Assembly: GCA_044226015.1 (NCBI GenBank)
Contig: JBGAHS010000005.1
Coordinates: forward strand, 128,001 to 192,000
Reading direction: 5' to 3'
DNA: 64,000 nt
Source of the DNA: Candidatus Obscuribacteraceae bacterium
GTDB taxonomy: Bacteria > Cyanobacteriota > Vampirovibrionia > Obscuribacterales > Obscuribacteraceae
Shown here piece after piece: positions 8,489 through 18,341 of the stretch (positions are counted from its first letter, which is position 1; every line of letters starts with the position of its first letter). A program made the translations under genes and the position numbers. The notes beneath the pieces were generated by a model. That model was given only the letters and a program-made list of their open reading frames with translations, had not been told where the DNA came from and did not search any database.

Positions 8489-10693
8489 TTGATTCTCAAG
8501 TCTGGAAAAACTTATCAAGGGCGATACCGAATTAACAATGTCCTCCACGAAGGTGCGCAGGCAGAAATATTCCTTGGCGACGATTTGCAGCTGACTCGAA
8601 AAATTGCCTTGAAAGTGCTAGACCTGACAAGAGACCCGAAAGCTGCTGAGAAGTTTCAGCAAGAAGCGAAAGTTCTAGCTGGTCTCTCCCATCCAAACAT
8701 CGTGACGGTTTATTCGTATGGAACCCTGGAGAATGGATGTAGCTATATTTCCATGGAATACGTTGATGGGCTCACTCTAAGAGATTGGCTTGAGCAAAAA
8801 GGTAAATTGAGTCTTGATGATTTCATAAGTGCTTATGGGCAATTATTGCGAGCACTGGTGTACCTCCATGAGAATGGCATTATTCACAGAAACATCAACC
8901 CGCAAAATATCATGATTCGGAAGGAAAACGATGAGGCTGAGCCTGTCGTGAAAATTCTGGATTTTGGTTTTGCAAAAGATTCGCCGGTTCAAGAAGATGG
9001 TTCAATCTTGGCGCAAGCCCAAACTCAAGCGCCAACCGGAAACCCTACATATATGAGTCCAGAGCAGTGTTCACTAAAGCCAATCGATGCTCGTTCAGAT
9101 CTGTTTTCACTGGCATGCGTAATGTATGAGGCAATCAGTGGTAAGCCGCCTTTTGAAGCGGAAACAGTGCTGGAAATGACCTTGAAACACGCAAACGACA
9201 TCATGAATCCGCTGGATGGTGTTCACCCTGACGTTATCGTTTACTTCCGCAAAGCCCTTGATCGTGATATCACACGACGCTATCAAAGCTCTTCTGAAAT
9301 GCTTGCAGCACTTCCTGTAATCGATCGACTTGATAGCAATAAAGTCTACAGAATGAGAGCTGCCAAAAAAGGATTGAAACCGTGGCAGAAAGCTGTTTTG
9401 GCTCTCGTCTTGCTCGGTATTGTCGGTTTGATGGGTGGATTTTTCTCCAAAAAATTGAATAATGTCCACATCTACAAGCGTGATATTCAACGGCTTAATG
9501 ATGGAGCTACGCTTCTCAGTCAGATGGATCAGAATAACAACAAGGAAGTGTATGACACTTGCAAGAGGATTCTAAAGTTAGATCCGAAAACCAACAAAGA
9601 AGCCCGTCTTACTGCATTGCGCTGGCTTTCTAAGGTATCAGATTCTTTTGAAAAGAATTCGGCGTTGAAGTACGCACAAAATCTCCTTAGTGCGGTCAAA
9701 GCTGATAAAAACGCGGGAGCAACTGCTTTGTTCGACGCTTATGCAAATTTGTATCAAGTTCAGGTGCGCGAGTCTAAGTTTAGTGATGCAGTCTCCACAG
9801 CGAAGGCAGCTATTACTGCTCTAAAGAACAGTAACGCTCCAGTCAATCTGGCTACTATCTATCAATACAAAGCTGCTTCTGAGTTTAAATTGAAGAGGTT
9901 TAGCGAAAGTAAGGAAGACGCGGAAATCTCGAACGATTACATTATGAAAACTGGAATAGCTGATAAAGACAAAGACTCGTTTGTTTGGACGAATACCTCG
10001 ACCATCGTCCTGGGTATGGCTGAGTCAGGACACGACGAAGGCATAGAAAAGCTTGTTTCTTCAGTCTTGGCTGCTCACAAAAGTTGTCCAGTGATGTTGT
10101 GTTATCAACTCTTAGATGCAGCAGATAATTTTGCAAGAGCTCATAAGTTCAAATCATCGGCTGTATTAGTTTCAGCTGTGGAAAAGACAGTCGATAGTGA
10201 TTCTTCCGCTGATTCATCATTGCGTTCTGACTTGTACACAACTAAGTCACTCGTCCTGTTTTCGCAGGGCAAAAAGGCTGAGGCGCATGATGCGGCTACA
10301 AAAGCGTACAATGAGTTAAAGAAACAATCTAACAAAGAGCACCTGGTCAATTTTCAGCGGTTCGCGCTTTTGCTAGGTCTGGAAAAGGATTTTGCACTCA
10401 TTGAGCAGGTCCAAAAGGATATTGTGGCAATTGCTAAAGTGGACGACCCGAAAGTTGATGCTGGTTGTCTGTCTGCGCTTGAGCTAGGCAATCTGTACAA
10501 GAATACCGGAAAGAACGAGAACGCCGAAGCTTACTTCAATATGGCGCTGACTTATGCCACCAACAATAGAGCGAGTAATCCGTCGCTTTATAAAAAGGTA
10601 GTGACAGAGGTTGCCAAATTTTATGATGCCGTTGGTAAAAAGCCAGAGGCGAAAAATCTTCGCGCAACCATCACTGCTACTGCGACGAAGTAG
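8489..10693 (+). CDS. Membrane Ser/Thr protein kinase-like protein with extracytoplasmic TPR region (predicted pseudokinase)
   Basis: IALK, HPNIV, DFG, YMSPEQ and RSDLFSL motifs; HRN replaces HRD; single TM; TPR-like helices. Confidence 0.9.
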   Translation: MILKSGKTYQGRYRINNVLHEGAQAEIFLGDDLQLTRKIALKVLDLTRDPKAAEKFQQEAKVLAGLSHPNIVTVYSYGTLENGCSYISMEYVDGLTLRDWLEQKGKLSLDDFISAYGQLLRALVYLHENGIIHRNINPQNIMIRKENDEAEPVVKILDFGFAKDSPVQEDGSILAQAQTQAPTGNPTYMSPEQCSLKPIDARSDLFSLACVMYEAISGKPPFEAETVLEMTLKHANDIMNPLDGVHPDVIVYFRKALDRDITRRYQSSSEMLAALPVIDRLDSNKVYRMRAAKKGLKPWQKAVLALVLLGIVGLMGGFFSKKLNNVHIYKRDIQRLNDGATLLSQMDQNNNKEVYDTCKRILKLDPKTNKEARLTALRWLSKVSDSFEKNSALKYAQNLLSAVKADKNAGATALFDAYANLYQVQVRESKFSDAVSTAKAAITALKNSNAPVNLATIYQYKAASEFKLKRFSESKEDAEISNDYIMKTGIADKDKDSFVWTNTSTIVLGMAESGHDEGIEKLVSSVLAAHKSCPVMLCYQLLDAADNFARAHKFKSSAVLVSAVEKTVDSDSSADSSLRSDLYTTKSLVLFSQGKKAEAHDAATKAYNELKKQSNKEHLVNFQRFALLLGLEKDFALIEQVQKDIVAIAKVDDPKVDAGCLSALELGNLYKNTGKNENAEAYFNMALTYATNNRASNPSLYKKVVTEVAKFYDAVGKKPEAKNLRATITATATK

Positions 10694-10768
10694 TACTGCC
10701 GATTCTTTGCGGTAATTTTCTTTTCTTGTTTTCGTAAAGCTGGTAGCTTTGCCTAAGCTTCTAACACA

Positions 10769-10810
10769 GTGAATGAGGATCCGTGAATGAGGATCCATGT
10801 ATGAAGATCC
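10769..10810. repeat. 3 x 14-bp tandem direct repeat between convergent genes
   Basis: GTGAATGAGGATCC GTGAATGAGGATCC ATGTATGAAGATCC. Confidence 0.85.
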
Positions 10811-10882
10811 ACTAGCGCTCGATGTTATAAGAGAAAGAAGGCGTTCTTACGAACTCAGATTCTCTTGCTGCTTTGGCTTCGA

Positions 10883-12691
10883 TTAGTGAGAAGATGGCAA
10901 TCCTGCCATCTTCTGGTAGGCACCGCGCTTGCCACCAGTCAAAGTTAGCACTGCGTCCATTTTGACTATTTGATTGACAATTTTTTGATCGTAATCATTC
11001 TTACTTTCGTAGATCTGGCGCATAATCGGACTGTACTGAAGAAGTGAAGTCAGCTCAAACTCGCTCTTATTCACGATAACTGAGCCCTGCGCTGTTTCGA
11101 TGCTTCGAACGTTTCTTCGCGAAACACCATCGTTTTTCATCTCACTGAAGGCCGCAGGTACTGAGTTCGCAATTACGAGTTCTTCTCCCGCAGAGCAATC
11201 AATACTTCGCGATTTGATTTTGGCGGTGACACTCTTGCTTCCAATTTCACGCAAATTTCGGATAACAGTAGCATTCTTTCGTGCAATAACTTGAACGATA
11301 GCTCCATCATCGATGTTTACGAAGCACTCGTTGATTTTGACACTCAAGGGGTCTTTCGCAACTAAAATCGCTTCGCCTGAACTTAAGTCGACTCGTCCGT
11401 ACTGATCAATTTCTAGTTTGGCTGATTCCAGATATTTTGCTGCGCCATTTTGCAACCAGGTAGTTTTGAGTGCATCGGCTACCCGCGGGAATGGAATAGG
11501 ACCTCTCTCATGCACAGTTCTTGCTGCAGGCACGAAATAGCGTGAGTCAAGTGACTCTTTGTAGCTTGGTGTCTTCTGATTTGCGATGGTATCTCTCTGA
11601 AGAATTTGCCTTCTGATTTCATCGCGCCGCATTTCTGGGGTGATACCAAACTGAGAAAACATACTCTTGTAAGCAGTCGCCATCTTCGCATTTGCAATTG
11701 GCGGGTCAATTGCTTTTAGCTCAGTAATAAAGTTGCTTGCATCACTATCTAAGTTGCGAGTTGCAATATTTAGTTCAACGGCCGGTGCCTGAAGTGGTTT
11801 ACTTGCTAATAATTCTTTTGAGCCGTTGTTGCTAACATAGTCCGAAGCACCAGAGCTAGCAACTGTGGACTCGTTGACCTTAATTTCCTTGCCCAGTGCA
11901 ACTTCCTGCTTTGTGTTGTTGCCTTTGTAGGCAAACTGAACTTCGCTTGCGGTTCCGTACAAACTACTTATACGAACACGGTTGAACCAGGTTTGTTCAA
12001 CTGCCGCAATAGAATTTGGCTTGACTTCAACAGCACCGTATTTGGTGAGTACTTTTACAGGTTTGACACCAGATACGACCCACATGGTTCCGCATCTCAG
12101 TACCATAGTCGATGGAGCACAGGCGTTGAACATCGTTCCGGATGACACCATCAGTAAACCGGATGGATCGCCGGGTACAACGAAAGATTGACCTGTTTTA
12201 TGACCCACCATCCACGGTATTTCATCAGGTGACTGCTTGCGAAGCGCAAGCTGTTCGAACTGTTTCTTGTCTGGACGCCTTGTTGGAATTGGAATGTTTA
12301 TTCTGATTGTGTCGGTCGGGGGCAGCAAAGTCTGTGGAATGTTCTGAGTGGTAGGCAAATTAGTTATCGGAACCCCACCAACTCTTGCGTTGTTGAGAAA
12401 CTCCTTAAGCTCTGGTGATGCCTGGTAGTAAGGAAACATCGTCATTCCAGCGATGTTGTAGGTGTAGGTATCTTTTGGCAATTTAAATCTTTGCGCTGTT
12501 ATATCGGCTACCCCTGTCGGCAGAACCACCATTCGCCGATTAGGCTCGGGATAACCGGGAATGTTCTTCCCTTGATTTTCGAAGTTGGGAAAGAACTGTT
12601 CTGCATTTGCGACGCTACACGTGGCGGCGAAAGCAATTAGCAATGCACCTGTCGCGCGTAGTTGGCGAACTTTATTTTGAGTTGAACTCAT
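10883..12691 (-). CDS. Exported hypothetical protein with two FecR-like beta-rich domains
   Basis: Signal peptide ending ANA|E; two beta-rich segments (LRCGTMWV...VKVLTKYGAVEV; LSSGEAIL...LSVKINECFVNI); the FecR likeness is by eye. Confidence 0.75.
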   Translation of the reverse strand: MSSTQNKVRQLRATGALLIAFAATCSVANAEQFFPNFENQGKNIPGYPEPNRRMVVLPTGVADITAQRFKLPKDTYTYNIAGMTMFPYYQASPELKEFLNNARVGGVPITNLPTTQNIPQTLLPPTDTIRINIPIPTRRPDKKQFEQLALRKQSPDEIPWMVGHKTGQSFVVPGDPSGLLMVSSGTMFNACAPSTMVLRCGTMWVVSGVKPVKVLTKYGAVEVKPNSIAAVEQTWFNRVRISSLYGTASEVQFAYKGNNTKQEVALGKEIKVNESTVASSGASDYVSNNGSKELLASKPLQAPAVELNIATRNLDSDASNFITELKAIDPPIANAKMATAYKSMFSQFGITPEMRRDEIRRQILQRDTIANQKTPSYKESLDSRYFVPAARTVHERGPIPFPRVADALKTTWLQNGAAKYLESAKLEIDQYGRVDLSSGEAILVAKDPLSVKINECFVNIDDGAIVQVIARKNATVIRNLREIGSKSVTAKIKSRSIDCSAGEELVIANSVPAAFSEMKNDGVSRRNVRSIETAQGSVIVNKSEFELTSLLQYSPIMRQIYESKNDYDQKIVNQIVKMDAVLTLTGGKRGAYQKMAGLPSSH

Positions 12692-12945
12692 GAATTATTT
12701 CCGAACTAGTAACTGGCGCCCGGGGGCTAGCACCCACACTGCCCCACGTAGAGGTTATCACCTTGGAATCTGGTTCCAAAATGAAAAACTTGGCGAAATG
12801 TTGATAATTTAGCCATCGAACGATGTCAATATAGATTTCAATTTTCCTTGAATGAGAGGTGTTGACTCCTCAGAGGGCATAAAATCTGAGAGTAAGGCTG
12901 CCTGGTCGCAGTCTGGAAGCGTCAGACTTATCGGAAATAGATAGC

Positions 12946-14616
12946 TTGATGAAGACCTGGACACTAGCTCTATTACTTTTGGCTAATTTCTTTTCTGCGG
13001 TTTCAGGCGCCGAGGAGAGCATTGAGAATTCTGCCAGTTCTGCTGAATCCAGGCAGAAGTCAAGCGAACTTAGATTCCAAGTGTTTTTGCCACCAGTGCT
13101 TGAGAAGGAAAAGAACGTTTGGGGTAGCATTTATGATCAGTTTGGAAACATAGCGCCTCAGCAAAAAATCGTTGTAAATGACATCGAGGTCGAGAGTGAT
13201 GATTACGGTTCATTTCATTTTCTCGCTCCGGTGGCTGACAAGGTCGATGTTCATATAGCTGGCATCGCTGGCAGTGACCTGTCTTATTGGAGCACCGCCA
13301 GTGGTTTGCTTGTCTCTGACCAGAGTGCAGTGGATTTGGTCGACAGGTTGGACTCAATGCCTGTGTTCTCTGGCAAGGAGCCGGTGATTGCGCTCGCACC
13401 ATCCGTGGTGGAAACGCAGCAAACCATAGTGGTGCTTGGAAAAAATTTCAGTGGTAAACAAGGCGACGACGACCTCGAAGTTGCTGACCGTAACGCTGAT
13501 ATTCTTGCTGCCTCACCTCGAAGCCTTGTTGCGGTTACTAGCAAATTTATGAAAATGGGACCGATGAAGGAAATGCGTGTTTCCAGCCACGAACAAACAT
13601 CACTGCCAGTCGAGCTAGATGTATGCAAAGTGTCCATAAAAAACAATTCTCAACCGAATGGCAAGGCTGCTGTGCGAATAGATGTACTCGGCACAACATT
13701 ACCTGCGGTGATTGCTCTCACTAACAATTCGCGCTCTGATTTGCGATTTGGGGGCTGGAAATTAGGCAGTCAAAATCTCTTCCTGAGCCAGGGCGGTGTG
13801 CAGAATGCTTTTATGGTCGAGCCCAGCGTGGCTTTATCTTCCAACGAGTTTGCTGCTCATCTGGTGTCAAATGGACTTTTTGACGCGTATTCGATGAAAA
13901 CCAACCGTAATCTTCTTTCGAAAAGTGTATACGACACTGAAGAACAAGCTGAAATCATTCGCTTGAAAAAACGTGTGATTGGACTTGAGTCTCAACTCAA
14001 TTCGCTAAATACCCAAAGGGCTGAAGAATCAAAGTCTGCAAAACTCGACCTTAATGAAGAGAGCGACCTCGAATTGAAGAGTAAGGCATTGAGCTCACGC
14101 ATCTTTAGAATAAACAGAATGCTTCAGGCACGGCGAACTGTTTTGGAGTCTTGCGGTTACAGCGACTATGACAAGCTTATGGATCTCGCCACCAGTGGTG
14201 GTGCGAGCAGTCTTGATGCTTTAGCATCAGACAAGGCTCTAGGTTTTACAGAATCGCGATTGCTGAGAATCGTAGCTAAAAGGGCAGCCGAAGAGAAGAA
14301 GCAATCTGAGATGGAAGCTAATGCAGCATGGACTTACAAATACAATTCTCCGGATAAGACTATGCTGAATTCTTACAGAAAGAAATATGGAAAACGTGGA
14401 TATGTACCTCCGCCTCCAAATATGGCGACCCTAATTCCTCCACCTGCACCATTCAAACCTGATTTAAAGGATATGGGACCATTCTTGATGGACCTCAATG
14501 TTGCACCGCCTGCGCCACTTTCTTCAAAAGCAAAAAGCAGCAAAGGTAAGCCGGCTACATCTGCTTCGGAAACTCGCGTTAATTCCAAGCAATCTAAGAA
14601 AAAAGCAAGAAGATGA
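12946..14616 (+). CDS. Exported hypothetical protein (Ig/IPT-like segment, coiled coil, Pro/Lys-rich tail)
   Basis: 556 aa ORF; signal peptide; 'IVVLGKNFS' IPT-like motif; stop overlaps the next ATG (ATGA). Confidence 0.75.
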   Translation: MMKTWTLALLLLANFFSAVSGAEESIENSASSAESRQKSSELRFQVFLPPVLEKEKNVWGSIYDQFGNIAPQQKIVVNDIEVESDDYGSFHFLAPVADKVDVHIAGIAGSDLSYWSTASGLLVSDQSAVDLVDRLDSMPVFSGKEPVIALAPSVVETQQTIVVLGKNFSGKQGDDDLEVADRNADILAASPRSLVAVTSKFMKMGPMKEMRVSSHEQTSLPVELDVCKVSIKNNSQPNGKAAVRIDVLGTTLPAVIALTNNSRSDLRFGGWKLGSQNLFLSQGGVQNAFMVEPSVALSSNEFAAHLVSNGLFDAYSMKTNRNLLSKSVYDTEEQAEIIRLKKRVIGLESQLNSLNTQRAEESKSAKLDLNEESDLELKSKALSSRIFRINRMLQARRTVLESCGYSDYDKLMDLATSGGASSLDALASDKALGFTESRLLRIVAKRAAEEKKQSEMEANAAWTYKYNSPDKTMLNSYRKKYGKRGYVPPPPNMATLIPPPAPFKPDLKDMGPFLMDLNVAPPAPLSSKAKSSKGKPATSASETRVNSKQSKKKARR

Positions 14617-17600
14617 CCTTGTTCAACCCGAAGTTGAGAGTCTTCCACCAAGGTTTGATTCTGGTGGGACTGCCTCTTATTCTCGAACTTTTACTTATCG
14701 GAAATCTCTGGAACTTACTTTTGCATGCCGATAGAGAGCTTGCAAGAGAAAGTCGTTATAGGCAATTCTCAGCTTTGGGCAGCCGTTTGATGACTCTTAC
14801 TTATGAGGCACCATATCTTTTGATTACTTCGCTGCAAGGTGGTGGCAATCGCTACTTTCTTGCTTACGAGCGTGACGTAGAGCAAGTGAAACAATTGAAG
14901 AGTCAGGCTTTGGCATTAGCAAAAGATGACCCACTAATAGAAGACGTTTCTGTTGAATTAGAAGAAAGTTTGTCAGTTATTCTAGGCATTTGTGACACCC
15001 TCGCAGAGGCGAAGAGAAGTGGAAGTTCACTCAACTTGATTCACGAACTTCCTCGTATTCAGCAGCGATTCAACAACTCGAAAAATCTCGCGATTGAGCG
15101 AATCGCTATAATCGTCAAAATCGGACAACATACTACAGCTGAATCGGAAAAGCGAATTCGTCGGATGCGCAGTCTGATGAGTTGGATTCTGCTCTTTGGC
15201 GTCTTCTCCAATATCTTATTGGGTGTAGCATTACTTGCATTTTTTCGAAAGCGCATTCTTGAGCGCATCAAAGTTATTACCGAAAATACTCTGCTATTGT
15301 CTCAAAAGAAAGAACTGCACAAACCCCTCGGTGGTGGCGATGAGATAGATCAATTAGATCGCGCATTTCACCTGATGAATACTGAATTGATCGAGGCATC
15401 GAGGCGAGAAACATCTCTGTTTAACAACGCCAGTGACGTTATATGTGTTCTTGACTCAAACGCTCAATTCTTAAAAATAAACTCTGCCTGCGAACGATTG
15501 TGGTTTTACAAATCAGAACAGTTACTTAGCCATTCACTGCTCAATCTTTTGGATGAATCGGATAAAGCATCCTTTGAAAAGTTGTTTGCTAAATGCAAGG
15601 CATCTCCAGAACCAGTTAATTTAGAGATAAAGATCAAGAGGAACGATGAATCTGTTATTGAGACTTTGTGGTCGACATTCTGGTCCGTTCCTGAACAGTG
15701 TCTGTATTGCGTAGTGCATGATATTAGCGAAAGAAAACAAGTCGAGAGAATCAAACAGAAATTTATTGCGCTAATTAGCAAGGAATTGAAAAAGCCCCTA
15801 TCGTCAATAAGTGATTCCCTGAGTGGACTATTGATTCCCACAGCTAAGCTATCTGACCTTGCGCGTAGCAAATTGATAAATACGCAAAGCAATCTGAAGC
15901 GCTTACTTCAATTGGTCAGTGAGTTGCTTCAAATCGCTGAAATGGAGAGCGCAGCAAAGATGCAATTGGAGTTTGCTGACTTTGATATCTTTGAGATTGT
16001 CAGTCAGGCTGTTTCTGATGTCGAAGGACTGGCTCAGGCGCGGAACATTCAGCTAATTGTTGAAGTGAAATCTTCCAATTGTAATTGCGATAAAAACAGA
16101 ATAGTTCAAGTGCTGGTGAACCTATTATCGAATGCGATAAAGTTCTCGCCAGAGTCTTCGACTGTTACCGTAAATGCGGTTTTAGAAGGTATAGCTCAAA
16201 AAATATGCGTAATAGATTCGGGCAGAGGTGTTCCAGAGTCACATCGTCAGACGATATTTGAAAAGTTCAAACAAGTAGAGGCAAGTGATGGAAGACCTAA
16301 AACAGGAACTGGTCTTGGTTTGCCGATTTGCAAAGATATCGTAGAAGCTCATTCTGGCAGCATTGGTGTTAAAAGTAATGAAGGTCAAGGAAGTGTTTTC
16401 TGGATAACGCTTCCACTAACTGAGCTAGAAAGAGAACGACTGCGGGCGCAAAAAGAGAATCTAATTTCAGCTGCCGATGAAAGCATGCCATTAGCGGGGA
16501 AATCTACTGCGCAGGCTGACTTGGGTAAGATTACAAAGCCATCGGAGAAAAAGAGATTTCAACTCAAGCTCATACACAAAGGTGTTTTGCTGGTTGGTAT
16601 TCCGATTTTATTTGAGAGCGCTTTCGTTGGCGCACTTGCAGTGCAACTGACGCAGTCTGAGCAAATGCGCCAGAGCGAGTTAAAGCAAAGAAAGATTGCC
16701 GCGTATTCCAACAGGATGCTGCAAGGCTTCATGAAAGCCGCATTATTGATTACTCTGACAAAAAGTCGCGACAACTGGGTTGCCTTTGAAGCAGTCTACA
16801 AGGAGATTCTTCATTACCGACAGACCATCAAAAAGTTGCTTGCAAATGACCCTGCTGTTGCGCAAGACTTTGAAAATCTGGAAATATCAAATAAGAAGTG
16901 GGATGAATTTTACGTCGCTGCAGCAGAGAGAATGAAGGAGGGTTTCACTGAAGTAAACTCAAGTGACACCATGGATAAACGGGCAATTTTACTTCCGATA
17001 ACAGCTAACATTGCACGGAAGGTTTTACGTCTTGTCGAAGATGTGGAAAAGCGCGAGTTCGAGCCAGCTAAGCAGGCTGCCCAAAGAAAGAAACTAGGGT
17101 TGATACTGTTGGCGGGGCTATGCAGCAATTTGATGCTGTCAGTATTGCTTGCTCTGTATTTCTCCAAAGACATTACGTCACGACTTGCCCAACTAGCAGA
17201 TAACGCTGAGCGTCTAGCTAACGATAAACCTTTGAATACTCCATTGAGTGGTACTGATGAAATTGCAAATTTAGATCGTGTGTTTCATGAGACTTCAGAA
17301 GCTGTGCAAGCTGCTCGCAAGAAAGAACGTGCTGTTTTTGATAATGCTCAAGATTTGATTTGTTCGATCGACGAAAACGCAAAATTCTTGAGTCTAAATC
17401 AAGCATGCGCACGGCTGCTCGGCAGTGATGCGGCAAGTCTTAAGGATAAAGTTCTCTATGAATTTGTTTCACCAAACGAGAAAGAGAAGATGCAAGCGGC
17501 TCTTTCCATCAGTGATGCAGGTACACAAAGTCACTGTGTTATTGAAAGCAGTCTATCTAGAAGTGATGGAGCTTTGATTTACTTGCAATGGTCTATCTCA

Positions 17601-18341
17601 AAAGCACCCCAGGAAAATCAGGTCTATTGTGTTGCACACGATATCACTATTAGAAAGGAATTCGAACAACTAAAGCAAGAGTTTCTCGCTATGGTCAGTC
17701 ATGACCTTCGCTCGCCACTAACCTCTATTTCTGCAATGTCTAAATTGGTTAGCACGGGCATGTTTGGTGGCATTGGCGATAGAGAGGACGAGCTTCTAGA
17801 AGCAATTGAAGTTGAATCGAGCAGGCTCATTGAACTCATCAACGACCTGCTTGATATTGAAAAATATGAGGCGGGCAAAATGGAGCTGCTTCTAGAAGAG
17901 GTTGATTTGAATGCATTTCTTCGCGAAACCTGCATTAGCCTCTTGGGGCGCTCAAGGCTGAGCTTCAACTTTGCCGCCGAGCACCATTTTGTCGAAATTG
18001 ATAAAGCACGGTTTTCCCAGGCAATCTCAAATCTGCTCAAGTTCTTTTTGCAAATCGATCCGCAGGCGAGAGTAACTGTTAGCTCTAGGGTGCAGCAAAA
18101 TGCTCTAGTTCTGTTATTAAGTTCTAGCGGTACGCAGCTTTCAGAGGAAGCCTGCAGTGCGGCGTTTGATCGGTTTCGTGATGAGAGCATCGAATTCAGT
18201 ATTGGCTCAGGGCTGGCTTTGCCAATCAGCCAGCGCATCATACAAAGTCATAGAGGCCGCATAAAGCTAAGCAGCGACGCTGATGCTCATATGAATGTTT
18301 TTGAGATAACGCTGAATTCTAACTTCTCCAGCGAAGAATAG
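14613..18341 (+). CDS. Tandem double sensor histidine kinase: 2 x (TM-sensor-TM-HAMP-PAS-DHp-CA)
   Basis: Module 1 H-box SKELKKPL with intact NAIKFS/DSGRG/GTGLGL; module 2 H-box SHDLRSPL with degenerate CA. Confidence 0.93.
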   Translation: MTLFNPKLRVFHQGLILVGLPLILELLLIGNLWNLLLHADRELARESRYRQFSALGSRLMTLTYEAPYLLITSLQGGGNRYFLAYERDVEQVKQLKSQALALAKDDPLIEDVSVELEESLSVILGICDTLAEAKRSGSSLNLIHELPRIQQRFNNSKNLAIERIAIIVKIGQHTTAESEKRIRRMRSLMSWILLFGVFSNILLGVALLAFFRKRILERIKVITENTLLLSQKKELHKPLGGGDEIDQLDRAFHLMNTELIEASRRETSLFNNASDVICVLDSNAQFLKINSACERLWFYKSEQLLSHSLLNLLDESDKASFEKLFAKCKASPEPVNLEIKIKRNDESVIETLWSTFWSVPEQCLYCVVHDISERKQVERIKQKFIALISKELKKPLSSISDSLSGLLIPTAKLSDLARSKLINTQSNLKRLLQLVSELLQIAEMESAAKMQLEFADFDIFEIVSQAVSDVEGLAQARNIQLIVEVKSSNCNCDKNRIVQVLVNLLSNAIKFSPESSTVTVNAVLEGIAQKICVIDSGRGVPESHRQTIFEKFKQVEASDGRPKTGTGLGLPICKDIVEAHSGSIGVKSNEGQGSVFWITLPLTELERERLRAQKENLISAADESMPLAGKSTAQADLGKITKPSEKKRFQLKLIHKGVLLVGIPILFESAFVGALAVQLTQSEQMRQSELKQRKIAAYSNRMLQGFMKAALLITLTKSRDNWVAFEAVYKEILHYRQTIKKLLANDPAVAQDFENLEISNKKWDEFYVAAAERMKEGFTEVNSSDTMDKRAILLPITANIARKVLRLVEDVEKREFEPAKQAAQRKKLGLILLAGLCSNLMLSVLLALYFSKDITSRLAQLADNAERLANDKPLNTPLSGTDEIANLDRVFHETSEAVQAARKKERAVFDNAQDLICSIDENAKFLSLNQACARLLGSDAASLKDKVLYEFVSPNEKEKMQAALSISDAGTQSHCVIESSLSRSDGALIYLQWSISKAPQENQVYCVAHDITIRKEFEQLKQEFLAMVSHDLRSPLTSISAMSKLVSTGMFGGIGDREDELLEAIEVESSRLIELINDLLDIEKYEAGKMELLLEEVDLNAFLRETCISLLGRSRLSFNFAAEHHFVEIDKARFSQAISNLLKFFLQIDPQARVTVSSRVQQNALVLLLSSSGTQLSEEACSAAFDRFRDESIEFSIGSGLALPISQRIIQSHRGRIKLSSDADAHMNVFEITLNSNFSSEE

